Part shown: positions 18,269 to 28,900 of the stretch, piece after piece
How positions within the stretch are numbered: position 1 is the first letter of the stretch
Layout of the letters: the number at the start of each line of letters is the position of its first letter
IMG/VR virus record: IMGVR_UViG_3300042503_002645
Location: 1 to 64,000 of that record
DNA: 64,000 nucleotides
Strand: one strand, 5' to 3'
From: a virus
Translations under genes and position numbers: made by a program
The notes under the pieces: model-generated
What the model was told of the DNA's origin: nothing
Seen by the model: the letters and a program-made list of their open reading frames with translations, nothing else
Databases searched by the model: none

Positions 18269-19297
18269 ATGTCCGCTGTCATTGATATCTTTGCCTGGCA
18301 GCAGGTCCCCGAGCGGGTCAGCCAGCTTCTTCCCGAAGCGGCCAAGGTTCGCGCTCTGCACGAAAAGGCCGCTCTGGCCGCGGACATCCTGCCGCTCACG
18401 ATGGCGACCTGGAATCCCGAGGTCAACGCGCTGCTGCTTTACAGCAAGACCGGGCTGGGCAAGCGCGCCTACGAGACCTACGAAAAGGCGATCTACGACG
18501 GATCGCGGAGTTTCGCAGCGCTGGTCGGCGCGGAGCCGAACTGGGACGAAGAGATTCTCGTCAAGCGTGGCAGCTCGGCGTTGATTCCGGGCTACGACAA
18601 GCTCTGGAACTACAGCAACGCAGCCCTGGGCGGCCCCAACCCGATGACCAACGGCATTGTCTCGGCGCTGGTGCTGGGCGGGCTGGGTTACGGCGGCGGC
18701 GCCCTGGCGGAGCGGTTGTTCCCCGAGCGCTATCTCGAGCGCGGCAAGCTCCGGAAGTCGCTCGCCACCGCTGGCGCTCTGGGCGGCCTGGGGTTTGGCG
18801 CCGCAAACGCCTACGCCAACTCCCGGGCGATGAACAAAAGTTATCTCGAGGGGTTGTTCACCAACAACCACACGATTCCGCCTTATCTTCAGGAAAAGGC
18901 CAGCGTCGACCTCGGCCCCAGCCCCCTGACGTCCATGGACAGCGGGCTGTATGCGCCGTCGATTCCCGTGCCGCAGTTCAACCGCGCGGCCTGGATGGAC
19001 GTCAACAAAGGCCTGTACAACCCGGGCGGTATGCACACCCCGCCCGCATACGCGGCTGTTACCACCGGCATGATGAGCGGCATCAGCGCCGGAACGGGCT
19101 CCCAGGTCATTCGGCCTGTGGACGTGGTCAAGGGCTTCATGTCAGCCGGTGTCGGCCTGGCGACGGCAAATATCGCCGGAAAGACGTTGTCGGCGCTGGC
19201 CGGGTTGACTCCCGAAGCCCAGAACAAACTCCAAGACATGGGCCTGTGGGCCGGTATGATGCACGCCGTCGTGCCGCCGTTGTTCGGGCGGCGCTAG
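18269..19297 (+). CDS. Putative internal virion protein with glycine zippers
   Basis: No Cys; KAA/KRA/KAS motifs; GGLGYGGGALA and GALGGLGFG segments. Confidence 0.5.
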   Translation: MSAVIDIFAWQQVPERVSQLLPEAAKVRALHEKAALAADILPLTMATWNPEVNALLLYSKTGLGKRAYETYEKAIYDGSRSFAALVGAEPNWDEEILVKRGSSALIPGYDKLWNYSNAALGGPNPMTNGIVSALVLGGLGYGGGALAERLFPERYLERGKLRKSLATAGALGGLGFGAANAYANSRAMNKSYLEGLFTNNHTIPPYLQEKASVDLGPSPLTSMDSGLYAPSIPVPQFNRAAWMDVNKGLYNPGGMHTPPAYAAVTTGMMSGISAGTGSQVIRPVDVVKGFMSAGVGLATANIAGKTLSALAGLTPEAQNKLQDMGLWAGMMHAVVPPLFGRR

Positions 19298-19363
19298 GAG
19301 TTGCGCAAAATGCAGTGTCTTGGCAGAATGGGCCGACCTCGTAGCACAGGGAGAAACACCGCT

Positions 19364-19735
19364 ATGGCGACAAAGAAGCCGATTTCGACGATGCGTGAAG
19401 AACTGCGCCAGCTGGGCGAGGCCGCCGACGAGGTGGCACCAGCTGGCTCGAATGACTGGTTCACCCCTGAGTTTTGGACGATGGTCGTGTCGGCCATCAC
19501 CAATCTCATCGCGGTGGGCGTGGTGCTAGGCTGGATCAGTTCCAGCGATGCCGAGACGATCAATCGGAGCCTGGCTGCGCTTCTCGGCGCCGCGCAGGTG
19601 ATCATCGTCAACGCGGCCATCGTATGGAAGTACATCTCGGCTCGCGTCGCTGTCAAGGAAGCGATGATCGACGCGCGCTATCGGTACATGGAAGCCATCG
19701 CTGTCGAGCGCATCCGCGCCGAGAGAACAACGTGA
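19364..19735 (+). CDS. Holin-like two-TM membrane protein
   Basis: WFTPEFW followed by two TM helices and YI..R...K, a pattern seen in small phage holin-like proteins. Lies near the peptidase gene. Confidence 0.5.
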   Translation: MATKKPISTMREELRQLGEAADEVAPAGSNDWFTPEFWTMVVSAITNLIAVGVVLGWISSSDAETINRSLAALLGAAQVIIVNAAIVWKYISARVAVKEAMIDARYRYMEAIAVERIRAERTT

Positions 19736-19736
19736 C

Positions 19737-20150
19737 ATGACACCAGAAGATCTCCAGGAACGGATCGAGGATTCCCCGGCGCTGGCGATTTTGCGAAACC
19801 GCCTTCAAGAAGAAATCGGTTTCCGCGCCGCACCGGGCTGCGAGTTCAGTCCGTTCCTGGTGATCTCGGTGATCTCGATCATTGTGCAGGTTGTAATTCA
19901 TTGTCGTGAGCAGCGCAGCGCCGAGGATTTGCGGCTCGACATGCGCGACCTGCGCAACCTCGGGCCAGTGAAGAACTACATGCTGCGCCGCCGCCTCAAC
20001 GCGCTCTGGCGAGACCATTGTCCGCCCGAGATGCTACAATCAGAGAATCCGCTGCTGGAGGCTGTTTACGATCTGAGCGACAGCGCCGATGACGAAATCA
20101 TCGACGAACTGTTGTGGCTAGGAGATCGATACAAACAGACCGGCGACTAA
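19737..20150 (+). CDS. Hypothetical protein with hydrophobic segment
   Basis: Coupled ORF containing FSPFLVISVISIIVQVVIHC. Confidence 0.6.
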   Translation: MTPEDLQERIEDSPALAILRNRLQEEIGFRAAPGCEFSPFLVISVISIIVQVVIHCREQRSAEDLRLDMRDLRNLGPVKNYMLRRRLNALWRDHCPPEMLQSENPLLEAVYDLSDSADDEIIDELLWLGDRYKQTGD

Positions 20151-20159
20151 CCGCATCTC

Positions 20160-20195
20160 TCGCAAGGACGCGAACTATCATGGCAAGGATGCCAT
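20160..20195 (+). promoter_or_regulatory. Tandem ANGGAN-hexaloop hairpins (CsrA/RsmA-like sites) flanking a start codon
   Basis: TCGC-AAGGAC-GCGA (20160-20173) and ATGGC-AAGGAT-GCCAT (20180-20195). Confidence 0.6.
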
Positions 20196-20989
20196 CAAAT
20201 CACGTTCTGCCGACCAACGAGATCTTGCGCAAGCTCTTCGTGTTCGGGTACTTCGGCACTAAGACTTGGGCGCAGGTTCGGCAGATCAAGGGCGCCGAGT
20301 TGGACCGCGCCGTCCGGGAATACCAGCGCTTTCACGGTCTGGACCCAGACGGCCGCGTTGACGAGCGCACGGCTCACGTGCTCGAGCGCCGCCGCTGCGG
20401 TCTGCCCGACTTTAACTTTTCGGCGAGTGACACGGAGTGCAAGTGGCCGCACAAGGCGATCACGTACCACCCCAAGCTGATCTTGCCTGGCGTGACAGCC
20501 GAGCAGGCCAAGCAGGCGTACGACATCGCTTTTGGCCAGTGGGCGCGCGTCTGCGACATTGAGCCGGAGCGCGTGGAAGACCCGACCAAGGCCAACATTT
20601 TGGCGCGCTCAGGCAAGGGAAAGAAGCACGGACTCGATGCCCGCGGCGGCACTCTTGCTTGGAGCGAGCTGCCTTGCGGCGTCCATGAAAAAATTCAACT
20701 CGATCAGATGTACGACGAGGCTGAGTCGTGGAGCTTCAACATGGCCGTCGCCGTGATCTGTCACGAGATCGGTCACGCTTTGGGCCTGCCGCACCTGGCC
20801 AACGGCAACCTGATGGCGCCCTACTACGACCCGAACGTCACCGAGCCCCAGGCAGGCGATGTGCGCGAAATTCAGGCTCTGTACGGCAAGCGGAAGCGCC
20901 CGTATTCGAAGTTGAAGGACGCGTCGGTTGAGCTCGGCGGGACGATCGTGATCAACGGCAAGCCGTACATCCTGGTCCCCAAAACTTGA
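20180..20989 (+). CDS. Matrixin/MMP-like M10 zinc metallopeptidase with PG-binding-like prodomain
   Basis: AVREYQRFHGL..DG (PG_binding_1-like), cysteine switch RRCGLPD, HEIGHALGLPH zinc motif, Met-turn LMAP. Confidence 0.9.
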   Translation: MARMPSNHVLPTNEILRKLFVFGYFGTKTWAQVRQIKGAELDRAVREYQRFHGLDPDGRVDERTAHVLERRRCGLPDFNFSASDTECKWPHKAITYHPKLILPGVTAEQAKQAYDIAFGQWARVCDIEPERVEDPTKANILARSGKGKKHGLDARGGTLAWSELPCGVHEKIQLDQMYDEAESWSFNMAVAVICHEIGHALGLPHLANGNLMAPYYDPNVTEPQAGDVREIQALYGKRKRPYSKLKDASVELGGTIVINGKPYILVPKT

Positions 20990-21017
20990 AAACTGCGATA
21001 GCCTGTAGGGAGGCGCT

Positions 21018-21302
21018 ATGACTACTTTTCAGCTGCTCTGTCTCGTGTTGTTCGCCGGGGTGGTCTTCGCCGCCTACGGCAAAGATATCTATGGCTGGCT
21101 CAAGGCTCGCCTGCCCAAGCCGCCCGAGCCGGTGGGCCCCGCTGCGCCGAACACACCGACCGGCGACATCCTCGTGGACGAGCTGCTCGACATCGCTGCG
21201 CTGCGCGAGTATTTCGAGCAGGCGGGCTGCGCTGAGGGCGTCGAGGCGTGCTCGCTCCTGCTCAGGATCCTGATCGACCACAAGCATCCGCACGCGGAGT
21301 GA
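21018..21302 (+). CDS. Small N-terminally anchored membrane protein
   Basis: GGGAGG RBS; N-terminal TM followed by a Pro-rich linker. Confidence 0.65.
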   Translation: MTTFQLLCLVLFAGVVFAAYGKDIYGWLKARLPKPPEPVGPAAPNTPTGDILVDELLDIAALREYFEQAGCAEGVEACSLLLRILIDHKHPHAE

Positions 21303-21307
21303 ACCCC

Positions 21308-21808
21308 ATGAAGAAGCTCGTCTGGCCCGCTGGGCTCCTGCTCGTTTTCGCGCTGCTGTTTCCCAACGGCCTGCACATCAAGCTCCCGACTGTTCCGCCG
21401 TCGCCTGTGGTGCCGGTGCCGCCTGCGCCCGTGGTCCCGGAACCTGTCGTCGTCAAGGATCCAAAGATCGCGGAACTGCTCGCGAACGCCTCTCCCGCGG
21501 ACAAGAGCCGCGTGCGCGGGATCTACTCGGGCATGGCCGTCATCATCAAGCGTGACAAGGGCCAGCTCATCAAGACGACCGAGCAGCTCGCGCTGTGGCA
21601 GGCCAACACGCTCAAGAACGCCGTCGACCCCGAGATGAAGGGAAAGTATCCCGGACTCGACGTGGCGATCGAGGCGGTGTTCGACCGGAAGATTCTCGAG
21701 CTGTACCCCGATGGCGATCACAACCCGAAGGAAGTGATCCCCGCGGACGAAGCGGTGCAAAAGAAGCTCATCGAGGCGTGCACGCTCATTGCAGACTCCG
21801 CGCTCTAA
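21308..21808 (+). CDS. Exported/anchored protein with Pro-rich linker
   Basis: Signal-like MKKLVWPAGLLLVFALLF, then PTVPPSPVVPVPP. Confidence 0.65.
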   Translation: MKKLVWPAGLLLVFALLFPNGLHIKLPTVPPSPVVPVPPAPVVPEPVVVKDPKIAELLANASPADKSRVRGIYSGMAVIIKRDKGQLIKTTEQLALWQANTLKNAVDPEMKGKYPGLDVAIEAVFDRKILELYPDGDHNPKEVIPADEAVQKKLIEACTLIADSAL

Positions 21809-21817
21809 GGAGACGCA

Positions 21818-22333
21818 ATGCTTGTCGCGCTGGTCATTACAATCGCACTGATTGTGGTAGTGTTAACCATCGTGTGGTGGTTGACGGGCGGTGTCGCGCC
21901 GCCCGAGGCGTTGGAAGTTCAGCAAACTGGGAGAGACCTTATGGCAGACGTGCTTGTGTACAAGGTGTCCGTGGGCCCCGTGGTCGACGCGGACGTGGTT
22001 GAGCGCCAGCTGGCGGTTGTTGTCGACGGCCTCGAGCAGCCGGAATCCCGCAAGGTGTTTCCGGCCTCGGCCACGGATCTCGGCGAGATTCGCGTGCCGC
22101 AGGACGCATCGGTCGAGCTGTCGCTGGTCGACGTGGACGATGCGGGCAACCGCTCGGAGCCCGCGGTGTTCGAGTTCGTGGCGGTTGACACGCTTCCCCC
22201 GGCCGCGCCCGGCGCGTTCGGCGTGACGCTGGTCGCCGAAGAGGAACAGGTTGTGGAGCCCGCCGCTCCGGAAGCCCCGGTCGAGCCGGAAGCCCCGGTC
22301 GTCGAGCCGGAAGCCCCGTCGGACGAGATCTGA
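21818..22333 (+). CDS. Acidic beta-sandwich (FN3-like) protein
   Basis: VDVDDAGNRSEP...DTLPPAAP resembles FN3/Ig-like ends; EPEAPV repeats at the C-terminus. An alternative start exists at 21941. Confidence 0.5.
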   Translation: MLVALVITIALIVVVLTIVWWLTGGVAPPEALEVQQTGRDLMADVLVYKVSVGPVVDADVVERQLAVVVDGLEQPESRKVFPASATDLGEIRVPQDASVELSLVDVDDAGNRSEPAVFEFVAVDTLPPAAPGAFGVTLVAEEEQVVEPAAPEAPVEPEAPVVEPEAPSDEI

Positions 22334-22352
22334 ATCAGATAGCGAGGTTGCC

Positions 22353-23378
22353 ATGGACGGCGAAGTTTTCTTTGAATCGGTTTTCGACGTACAGAAGGCC
22401 TACGAAGAGGGTTTCGTCGGCGCGATGTGTGACCCTGAGCGCACCGATGCGCTCAAGGCCGCCATTGCGGAGGCAGGTGGCATTCCCGAGGGCGCCGCGG
22501 CTTGTTCCGCGTACGGCCTCGAGGAAACTGGCAAGGGAAAGCTCAGCATCCCGTTCCTGGACGTTTTTTCGCTCTACCCGGACTGCCTCCCGGGTGGAGC
22601 CCAGGGGCGGGGTGACTGTGTTTCGTGGTCGACCCGTAACGCCGGGCTGATCACGATGTGCACTGACATCACCAGCGGACTGGCCGACGAGGAGACTGGT
22701 GTTGTCGAGGGCGCGCCGGAGATCTCCGACAAGGCCCGACTCGGCGGCGTGCTCAGCACTGAAGCGATTTACAATTGGCGCCGTCATGGCGGCGACGGGT
22801 GGTTTTGCAGCGACGCCGCCCAGGTCGTCATGAAGGAATCGGGGCTCTGGCTCCGCAAGGCGTATCCCGAGATCAAGGTCGATTTCGAGACTTACAGCTC
22901 GCGGAACGCCGGGATCTACGGCTCCTCGACGCCGCCCAAGTCCTGGCTCGATATCGGCCGCCAGCACCTGATCCGCACGACCACGGTGCTCAGCAGTTAC
23001 GAAGAGCTTCGTGACATGCTGGCCAACGGCTACGGCGTCAGCTCCTGCGGCGGCGAGTCGTTCTCCGAGCAGCGCGACGCAAACGGCGTGTCGGTCCGCA
23101 CCGCCAAGGGCTGGGCGCATGCCATGGCTTATATCGCGGCCGATGAGCGTCCCGAGGTTATCGCGCTCTACAAGGAGCCGCTAATCCTGGTCCAGAACAG
23201 CTGGGGAAACTGGAACGACGGTGGTCGCCGAATCCTGAACACGAACTTCCAGATTCCCATCGGGTCCTTCTGGGCACGCTGGAGCGCGCTGCGGAATCGC
23301 GACATGATCGCCTTCTCGAGCTTCAATGGCTGGCGGCGCAAGGCGCTGAAGAGCTGGGGCGCGATCGGCAACATCTGA
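22353..23378 (+). CDS. Papain-like (C1-family) cysteine peptidase
   Basis: QGRGDCVSW (oxyanion Gln and catalytic Cys), HAMAYI (His), VQNSWG (Asn). Confidence 0.85.
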   Translation: MDGEVFFESVFDVQKAYEEGFVGAMCDPERTDALKAAIAEAGGIPEGAAACSAYGLEETGKGKLSIPFLDVFSLYPDCLPGGAQGRGDCVSWSTRNAGLITMCTDITSGLADEETGVVEGAPEISDKARLGGVLSTEAIYNWRRHGGDGWFCSDAAQVVMKESGLWLRKAYPEIKVDFETYSSRNAGIYGSSTPPKSWLDIGRQHLIRTTTVLSSYEELRDMLANGYGVSSCGGESFSEQRDANGVSVRTAKGWAHAMAYIAADERPEVIALYKEPLILVQNSWGNWNDGGRRILNTNFQIPIGSFWARWSALRNRDMIAFSSFNGWRRKALKSWGAIGNI

Positions 23379-23395
23379 TACGAAAGGACCCGCAC

Positions 23396-23908
23396 ATGTT
23401 CGAATGGATCTTTCTGCTTTTCGCCCCGCCGGTGCCTTATGAAGCCCCGCCCGCCCCGCCTGCGCAGGACTATATCGGAATGGTCGCTGCAGAGGCTGCT
23501 TACACTACTCTGCTTCCTCGCGCGCCCGAGCCCGACAAGCCCAAGCCCCCGCCCGTCGACCCCGCCAACTGCCCGACCTGCAAGAACTCCGGCCGACCGG
23601 GCTGGGTGCGCACCGGCGACGGTCACGAATGGACGAAGTGCCCGACGTGTCAGCCGATCACGGCCCCCGCACCGGCGCCGGAAAAGCCAGCGCTGCCCAA
23701 GGCCAAGTCGACGCTTCCGCCTGGGCCGTTTCCCAAACCGCAGGTGAAAGCCCAGACTTCCGCGCTTCCGCCGCTAACGCCTGCTGTTACAGGCCCTTGC
23801 GCCACCGGAGTTTGTCCAGTAGAAAAAGCGGCGCCTGCGGCGCCGCTTTCTGGCTTTCCGATATTTCCGGTGCCGGTGTCGCCGCGGCGTCTCTTTCGTA
23901 GACGGTGA
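23396..23908 (+). CDS. Pro-rich protein with CxxC..CxxC zinc ribbon
   Basis: CPTCKNSG...GDGH..TKCPTC; short hydrophobic N-terminus. Confidence 0.6.
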   Translation: MFEWIFLLFAPPVPYEAPPAPPAQDYIGMVAAEAAYTTLLPRAPEPDKPKPPPVDPANCPTCKNSGRPGWVRTGDGHEWTKCPTCQPITAPAPAPEKPALPKAKSTLPPGPFPKPQVKAQTSALPPLTPAVTGPCATGVCPVEKAAPAAPLSGFPIFPVPVSPRRLFRRR

Positions 23909-23911
23909 GCC

Positions 23912-24400
23912 ATGCCTGTCGAAAACACGGTCGGTAAGTGCTACTCCTGGCGCGATCTGAAGTTTTACGCGAAGAACGGCTACATTTGCCTTCACGACGA
24001 GGAAGACGGCTCGTTTATCGTGCTCACCCGCAGGGAGTTTCTCGAGCGCGCCCAGGCGCTCTCTGACGAGGCCAAACGGCTCCGCCAGCAGGCTGTCGAT
24101 AATCCCGGCCGGGCCTGGATCGCGGCAGACCGTTTGGAGTTACAGCAGGCAATTGAGAACATGGTGGAGTGCTGCAAGGACGCGAAGGAACAGGGCGACC
24201 GGAACGATCCGGAAGTTGCCGAATGGTTCGCGCGACACCGGCCGCACGCGCGTGGTCGGGTGTCGATGGCAGGCACGGCGAATTTCTCCATGCCTACGCC
24301 CGGTGTGTTGCCCCGGGGTAAGAACACCGGAAAGCTCGTGACGCCGGACTTCGCGGTCAGCCCCAACCCGAAGAAGCTGATTCTGCCAGGAGAATTCTGA
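23912..24400 (+). CDS. Hypothetical protein
   Basis: Coupled ORF with native codon usage. Confidence 0.65.
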   Translation: MPVENTVGKCYSWRDLKFYAKNGYICLHDEEDGSFIVLTRREFLERAQALSDEAKRLRQQAVDNPGRAWIAADRLELQQAIENMVECCKDAKEQGDRNDPEVAEWFARHRPHARGRVSMAGTANFSMPTPGVLPRGKNTGKLVTPDFAVSPNPKKLILPGEF

Positions 24401-24732
24401 TGTCTGACGAAAACAGGGACGCGTTCAAGCTCGGTTTCCTCACCCGGTGCGCCGAAGAGGGGCTGACGGGCGAGGCGCTCGAGGCGCGGCTACGGCTGAC
24501 AGAAAAAGACGCCGTTGTGGGTGTTGCGGACGCTCTGGGCGCGACGGCGCTGTTGCCTGTTGGCGCGTCTCTGTTGGGCGGCGGCGCGCTGGGCTGGGGC
24601 GCCGCAAAGCTCATGGAACCAAAGCTCACCGAAGACGAAATCAAGGCCCAGGAACTCGCCAACACCTACAGGGTGTATGCTGACCGTCTGCGAGCCAAAC
24701 GGAAACTGAAGTCCTACCGTCCGGGTATGTAA
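24400..24732 (+). CDS. Putative internal virion protein (FKxGFL..CAE.G leader plus glycine zipper)
   Basis: AFKLGFLTRCAEEGL, EKDA, LLGGGALGWGAAKL. Confidence 0.5.
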   Translation: MSDENRDAFKLGFLTRCAEEGLTGEALEARLRLTEKDAVVGVADALGATALLPVGASLLGGGALGWGAAKLMEPKLTEDEIKAQELANTYRVYADRLRAKRKLKSYRPGM

Positions 24733-24744
24733 GGAGCGCTCCGC

Positions 24745-25095
24745 GTGAGCATGCGCAAGTTCCACAGCGAGATGGCCGGATCCCAGCACGGCGACGGGCT
24801 GCTCCACTGGCCAGGCACGCTTGACGGTTTTCCTGTTCTTGGCAGTCGGGGCCAGATGACCGACCTCAAGAAAGAGGAAATGGAGAACCTGGACCTCCGC
24901 TTCGACTTCAAGTCGAAGATGTTCGAGCTGTGGGAGCCGGACCAAAAAGCCGATTTCGACGACGTAAATGATAAGATAGTGAACGGTTGGTATCGGCTCG
25001 TGAAGCGGGCCGACAACTGGGACGAAGAGAAGAAACATTACCGCGTATGGATGGAATGGTTCCAGGTCTACGGAATGATTCCGCCGAGGCAGTAA
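24745..25095 (+). CDS. Hypothetical protein upstream of RNAP
   Basis: AAGGAG RBS; 116-aa globular-looking ORF. Confidence 0.65.
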   Translation: MSMRKFHSEMAGSQHGDGLLHWPGTLDGFPVLGSRGQMTDLKKEEMENLDLRFDFKSKMFELWEPDQKADFDDVNDKIVNGWYRLVKRADNWDEEKKHYRVWMEWFQVYGMIPPRQ

Positions 25096-25097
25096 AC

Positions 25098-25982
25098 ATG
25101 CAAAACGTCGAAAAGCGGGCCCTCACCGGCACGGAAATGTACAACCAGGCCGTGGCAGCGGGACAGCCAGCCGTCAATCAAATGCACGGCGAGAACATCC
25201 TCTCCGCGCTGGGAATGGGCGCCGGAGTCGGCGCGGGCGGCATGGCGTTGTATCACCTGCTCCGGGGCTTGAAGTCGCGCGGCGCGAAGGAAAAGCGCTA
25301 TCAAAACTACGGCTCTGATACGCCGATCGTGGCGCAGCAAAAGGTCGGCAACGACATTCTCGGCACGATTGTGAATGAAGTCGGCGCCATTCCGGGCAAG
25401 ATCACAAATTCGCTCCCCGAATCGCTGAAGAGCGTCTTCCAGAGCGTGGCGCCTCCCGCCAAAGCCGACCCCAACATGCTTAGTGGTGCGCTGGCCACGG
25501 CACTCACCGCGGGTGCGGGATTGGGCGGCCTGTACGGCGGCGGCAAGCTCGTCAATTCGCTCATGGAAGCCAAGCAAAAGCGCGACGCCAAAGACGACGT
25601 TGAAGAAGCCCGGCAGCGATACTACGCGATTCTCTCGGGCGCCGACAAGGCTGCCGAGTCACTGAACGCCGCGTACGATCGCTTGCAGAACAAGCAAGCC
25701 GACGCGCTCGATTCGATTCAGTCCGGCTTGAGCACCGTCGGTACCGCGGTCTTCGACACGCTTCCGCGCGGTTTGACCACGACGGGCTTGCTGGCGTCGC
25801 TCGCGGCGGGCGGGCTGGGCGCCAAGTTCATGTACGACCGCACGGCCGAGCGCACGCGCGGCGAGAACGCGGCCAGGGCGCAGGCGTCCCGTGCGCGGAT
25901 GAAGCCGCTACCGACCATGTGGATCGACCCCGAACAGCTTGCGCGGGCCAAGCAGCTCGCGGAACAGGGCAACAATGAGTAA
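25098..25982 (+). CDS. Putative internal virion/ejection protein with three glycine zippers
   Basis: No Cys; EKRA, DKAA, NKQA motifs; GMGAGVGAGG, GAGLGGLYGGG and LAAGGLGA segments. Immediately precedes RNAP. Confidence 0.55.
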   Translation: MQNVEKRALTGTEMYNQAVAAGQPAVNQMHGENILSALGMGAGVGAGGMALYHLLRGLKSRGAKEKRYQNYGSDTPIVAQQKVGNDILGTIVNEVGAIPGKITNSLPESLKSVFQSVAPPAKADPNMLSGALATALTAGAGLGGLYGGGKLVNSLMEAKQKRDAKDDVEEARQRYYAILSGADKAAESLNAAYDRLQNKQADALDSIQSGLSTVGTAVFDTLPRGLTTTGLLASLAAGGLGAKFMYDRTAERTRGENAARAQASRARMKPLPTMWIDPEQLARAKQLAEQGNNE

Positions 25983-25987
25983 CCGCG

Positions 25988-28900
25988 ATGCCAGACTCGA
26001 TTCTCTCTGGACCGCCGGTACAGCCGCCGACGCCGCGCGCGTTTGGTGACATTGGCGCACTGCGCACTGGCATCTTCGATCGCGCGCTGCAAAGCGCCTC
26101 GGCGTTGGAGCCCGTCAAGAACGACCTCCACACGCTGCAGCTTCACGACGTGAAGTACGCGGGGCCGGAGAAGTTCACAAAGGCGGACCAGAAACGCGCC
26201 ATTCTTACGGGCAACTCGCTGCACCGGCGGTTGACGGGGACCTGGTCCCTGCTCGACAACACCACGGGGCAGCCGATCGCGACTCGCCAGACCACGATCG
26301 CGCACGTGCCGTATCTCACGGATTCGGGCACGTTCGTGAATCGCGGCGTGGAGTACACCCTCGCGCACCAGATGCGGCTCAAGCCCGGCGTCTACACTCG
26401 CGAGAAGGACAACGGCGAGCTCGAGGCGCACGTGAACGTGCTCCCCGGCAAGGGCCGCATGCACCGGTACTTTCTGGATCCCAAAACCGGTGTGATGAAC
26501 ATCAACATCGGCCAGGCCAAGATCCCGCTGATGCCGCTGTTGAAGGCGATGGGCGCGAAGGATTCCGACATTCGCGCTGCGTGGGGCAACGAGATCACCG
26601 CCGTCAACATGGAGAAGGGCGACGCGGGCACACTCGACAAGCTGTACCAGCGGCTGGTCTACAAACAAGTTCCTGGTCTTGATGCGCCCGGCAAGCAACA
26701 GGCCATCGCCGCTGAGTTTGCGCGCATGGAGCTTGACCCGGACGTCACGCGGCGCACGCTGGGCAAAGACTACAAAAACCTCACGCCCGAGGCCATTCTC
26801 GACATCACCAAGAAACTGATCGCGCTGAACCGCAAAGAGGCCGACCCTGACGATCGCGACGCCATGGCGTACCAAAACGTCGTGGGCCCCGAGGACCTGA
26901 TCTCCGAGCGTTTCACGAAAGACCGCCAGTCGTTGCGCAAGCTGCTGTGGCGGGCAACGGCCAAGAAAAACCTCGACCACGTGCCGACGGGGGTGTTCAA
27001 CAAGGCAATCTCTGCGGCGCTGATCGGCTCGGGACTCGGCAGCTCGCTCGAGGAAATTAACCCGGCGGAAATCTTCGATCACCAGGCGCGCGTCACACGC
27101 ATGGGCGAGGGCGGCATCGGCTCGCTGGACGCTGTGCCCCAGGAATCGCGCTCCGTCCAGCCCAGTCACCTCGGCTTCGTCGATTTCTTGCGCACGCCGG
27201 AGTCGGGAAAAGTGGGCGTCGACATGCGCTTCGCTCGCGGCGCCATGAAAGGTGCTGACGGCAAAATCTACACGCCCGTCGTGAACATGAAGACCGGGCA
27301 GTCGGAGCTCAAGACGCCAGGCGAACTGGCCGACATGCCGCTGGCCTTCCCGGGCGAAGACAAGAGCGACATGCCGATGGTCGCGGCGCTCGTGGGCGGC
27401 AAGATGAAGTATGTCCCGCGCGAGGAAGTCCAGTTCTCGCTGCCGCACATGGACAACACGTTCTCGGGCCTGTCGAACATGGTTCCGATGAAGTCTTACA
27501 TGAAGGGCCACCGCGTGATCATGGCCAGCCGCATGTTCACGCAGGCGCTGCCACTGGTGGGCGCAGAGGCGCCGCTGGTGCAGTCGGCCATCGCCGACAA
27601 GGACGGTTCGAGCTACGAAGACGAGATGGGCGAGAAGCTCGGCGCCGTGCGCGCGCAGTTTCACGGTCAGGTGGTCTCGGCGGAGCCCGGAATGATCGTG
27701 GTACGCGATCGCGAGGGCAAGAAGCACGAGATTGACCTGTACAACGACATGCCCTTCAACCGGAAGACCTTTTGGCACCAGACGCCCGCCGTGCAGCCCG
27801 GCGACGTGTTCAAGCCCGGGCAACTCCTGGCGCACTCAAACTTCACGGACAAGCAGGGCACCGCGGCGCTGGGCAAGAATCTCCGCGTGGCCTATTTGCC
27901 GTTCCAGGGCAAGAACTACGAAGACGCCGTGGTGATTTCCGCGAGCGCTGCGAAGAAGCTCTCCAGTGAGCACATGTACCAGCACGAGGCCGAGTGGGAC
28001 GACAACTCCCGCATCGGCAAGAAGACGTTCGTCTCGCTCTTCCCGACCGAGTACGACAAGAAGACGCTCGAGAACTTTGATGACAAGGGCGCCATCCAGA
28101 AGGGCACCGTCGTCAACTACGGCGACCCGCTCATCCTGCAGGCCAAGACCAAAGAGACGACCTACGGCAAGGTCCACCGCGGCCGCGCAGGCAGCTTCTC
28201 CAATGAGACGGTCACTTGGGAGCACCACTCGCCGGGCGTTGTGACGGACGTCGAGCACACCGACAAGGGCGTGCAGGTCGTCGTGAAGACGCAGGCCGAG
28301 ATGCAGGTCGGCGACAAGCTGACCGGGCGTTACGGCGACAAGGGCGTGATTGCCGATGTCATTCCCGACCACCAGATGCCAAATGACAAGGACGGCAACC
28401 CGTTCGAGATCCTTGTCTCGCCGCTGGGCCTGATCTCCCGCGTCAATCCGGCGCAGATCGTGGAGGCGGCGCTTGGCAAGATCGCAGCGAAGACGGGAAA
28501 GCCCTTCAAAATGAAGGACTTCGACAGCACCGCGGATTACGTGGACTTCGCGCAGCAAGAGCTTGGGAAGCACGGCCTCTCCGATACTGAGGACGTTCTG
28601 GATCCTGAAACCGGTCGTAAGATCAAAGGCGTGCTGACCGGTAACAGGTTCTTCATGAAGCTCCATCACACGGCCGAGGCCAAGGGGCAGGGGCGCGCGA
28701 TGGGCAGCTACACGGCCGAGGGCACGCCCGCAAAGGGCGGCTCCGAGGGGGCCAAGCGCGTCGGCATGCTCGACCTGGGCGCGCTGCTCTCTCACGGCGC
28801 CGGAAAGGTCATCCGGGACGCGAAGATGGTGCGGGGCCAAGCCAACCCCGAATACTGGTCGCAGTTCATGGCCGGGTACACTCCGCCGCTGCCCAAGGTT

